Translations under genes and position numbers: made by a program
NCBI GenBank assembly: GCA_964188305.1
Contig: OZ076896.1
Strand: one strand, 5' to 3'
Length of the DNA stretch: 64,000 bases
Origin: Podarcis bocagei
Lineage: Eukaryota
Notes under the pieces: model-generated
Seen by the model: only the letters and a program-made list of their open reading frames with translations
Told to the model about the DNA's origin: nothing
Database searches by the model: none
Shown: in pieces, positions 63,480 through 64,000 of the stretch
Layout of the letters: each line of letters begins with the position of its first letter
Numbering within the stretch: position 1 is the stretch's first letter

Positions 63480-64000
63480 GTTTTGCTGGACGGCGCGGCA
63501 ATCCAAGCTGACTGAGCCGTCCCGCGACCAGGACCTTCGCTTCCTTCTCGCCCCCGGGAGCCACGCGCCACACCGCCCTGCCTGCCTGCTCCCTCCTGGA
63601 GGCGGGAGCAGAGAGGAGCGCTAACTACGCTCGCGCACGCGCGCTAAAGCTCAGACTCCGGAGGATGCGCATCGAACGTTGGGGGGGTTGTTCGTGCGCG
63701 AGCGCGTAAGGGCGTCTTGCTTTCGTCACGACGGCGCCGCCGCCGCCTCCTGTTTTCCTTTCCGGCGGCCATCTTCGTTCCTTTTCCGCGTGCGCGCGTC
63801 AAGCTCCGCAGCCCTTCAGCTCCTCGCCCTGCCCAGGTCGGGCCGCTTCCTTCTGAGAAGGTACAAAGGAAGAGGCACCCGAGGGAGGTGGGCGAAGGGA
63901 GATAGGCGGGCCTGGAGGCGGCGAAGGGGGGAGCAGCGGCCGCAGGTGCGCCTGGTAGGAGCCCTCTGAGGCCTTTGAGCCGGGAAGAAGCCGCGGGCTC
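63480..64000 (+). promoter_or_regulatory. Housekeeping CpG-island promoter and probable non-coding first exon (about 63755-63860) of the next gene, probably BTF3
   Basis: NRF1-like GCGCACGCGC repeats, pyrimidine TCT-like initiator TTCCTTTCC at about 63755, YY1-type GCGGCCATCTT at 63765-63775, candidate donor AAG|GTAC at 63860/63861. Gene identity rests only on FOXD1-BTF3 divergent synteny in other vertebrates. Confidence 0.6.

Overview
Vertebrate genomic DNA, very probably from a lacertid lizard. This is inferred from Sauria SINEs, BovB/RTE, L2, CR1 and lizard-type L1 ends. The only recognisable host protein-coding gene is the intronless forkhead gene FOXD1 (minus strand, 52871-54211), with an assembly gap across the second half of its forkhead domain. 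The window ends in a housekeeping-type CpG-island promoter and probable first exon facing away from FOXD1; by vertebrate synteny this is probably BTF3. The rest is the downstream FOXD1 gene desert: CpG-poor and repeat-rich to about 27 kb, then broadly CpG-retaining to about 59 kb. I found no CRISPR array, rRNA or intact tRNA gene, and almost all ORFs in the supplied track are spurious or repeat-derived. The most notable observations are: a 2.1-kb TSD-flanked L1-like element with one ORF and no reverse transcriptase; a four-level nested insertion whose innermost hAT element carries a compact set of promoter motifs; a hAT MITE with an expandable TTAGGG-containing minisatellite; two co-oriented CTCF motifs between FOXD1 and the next promoter; and a 26-bp templated insertion. 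All family assignments are by eye, without database searches.
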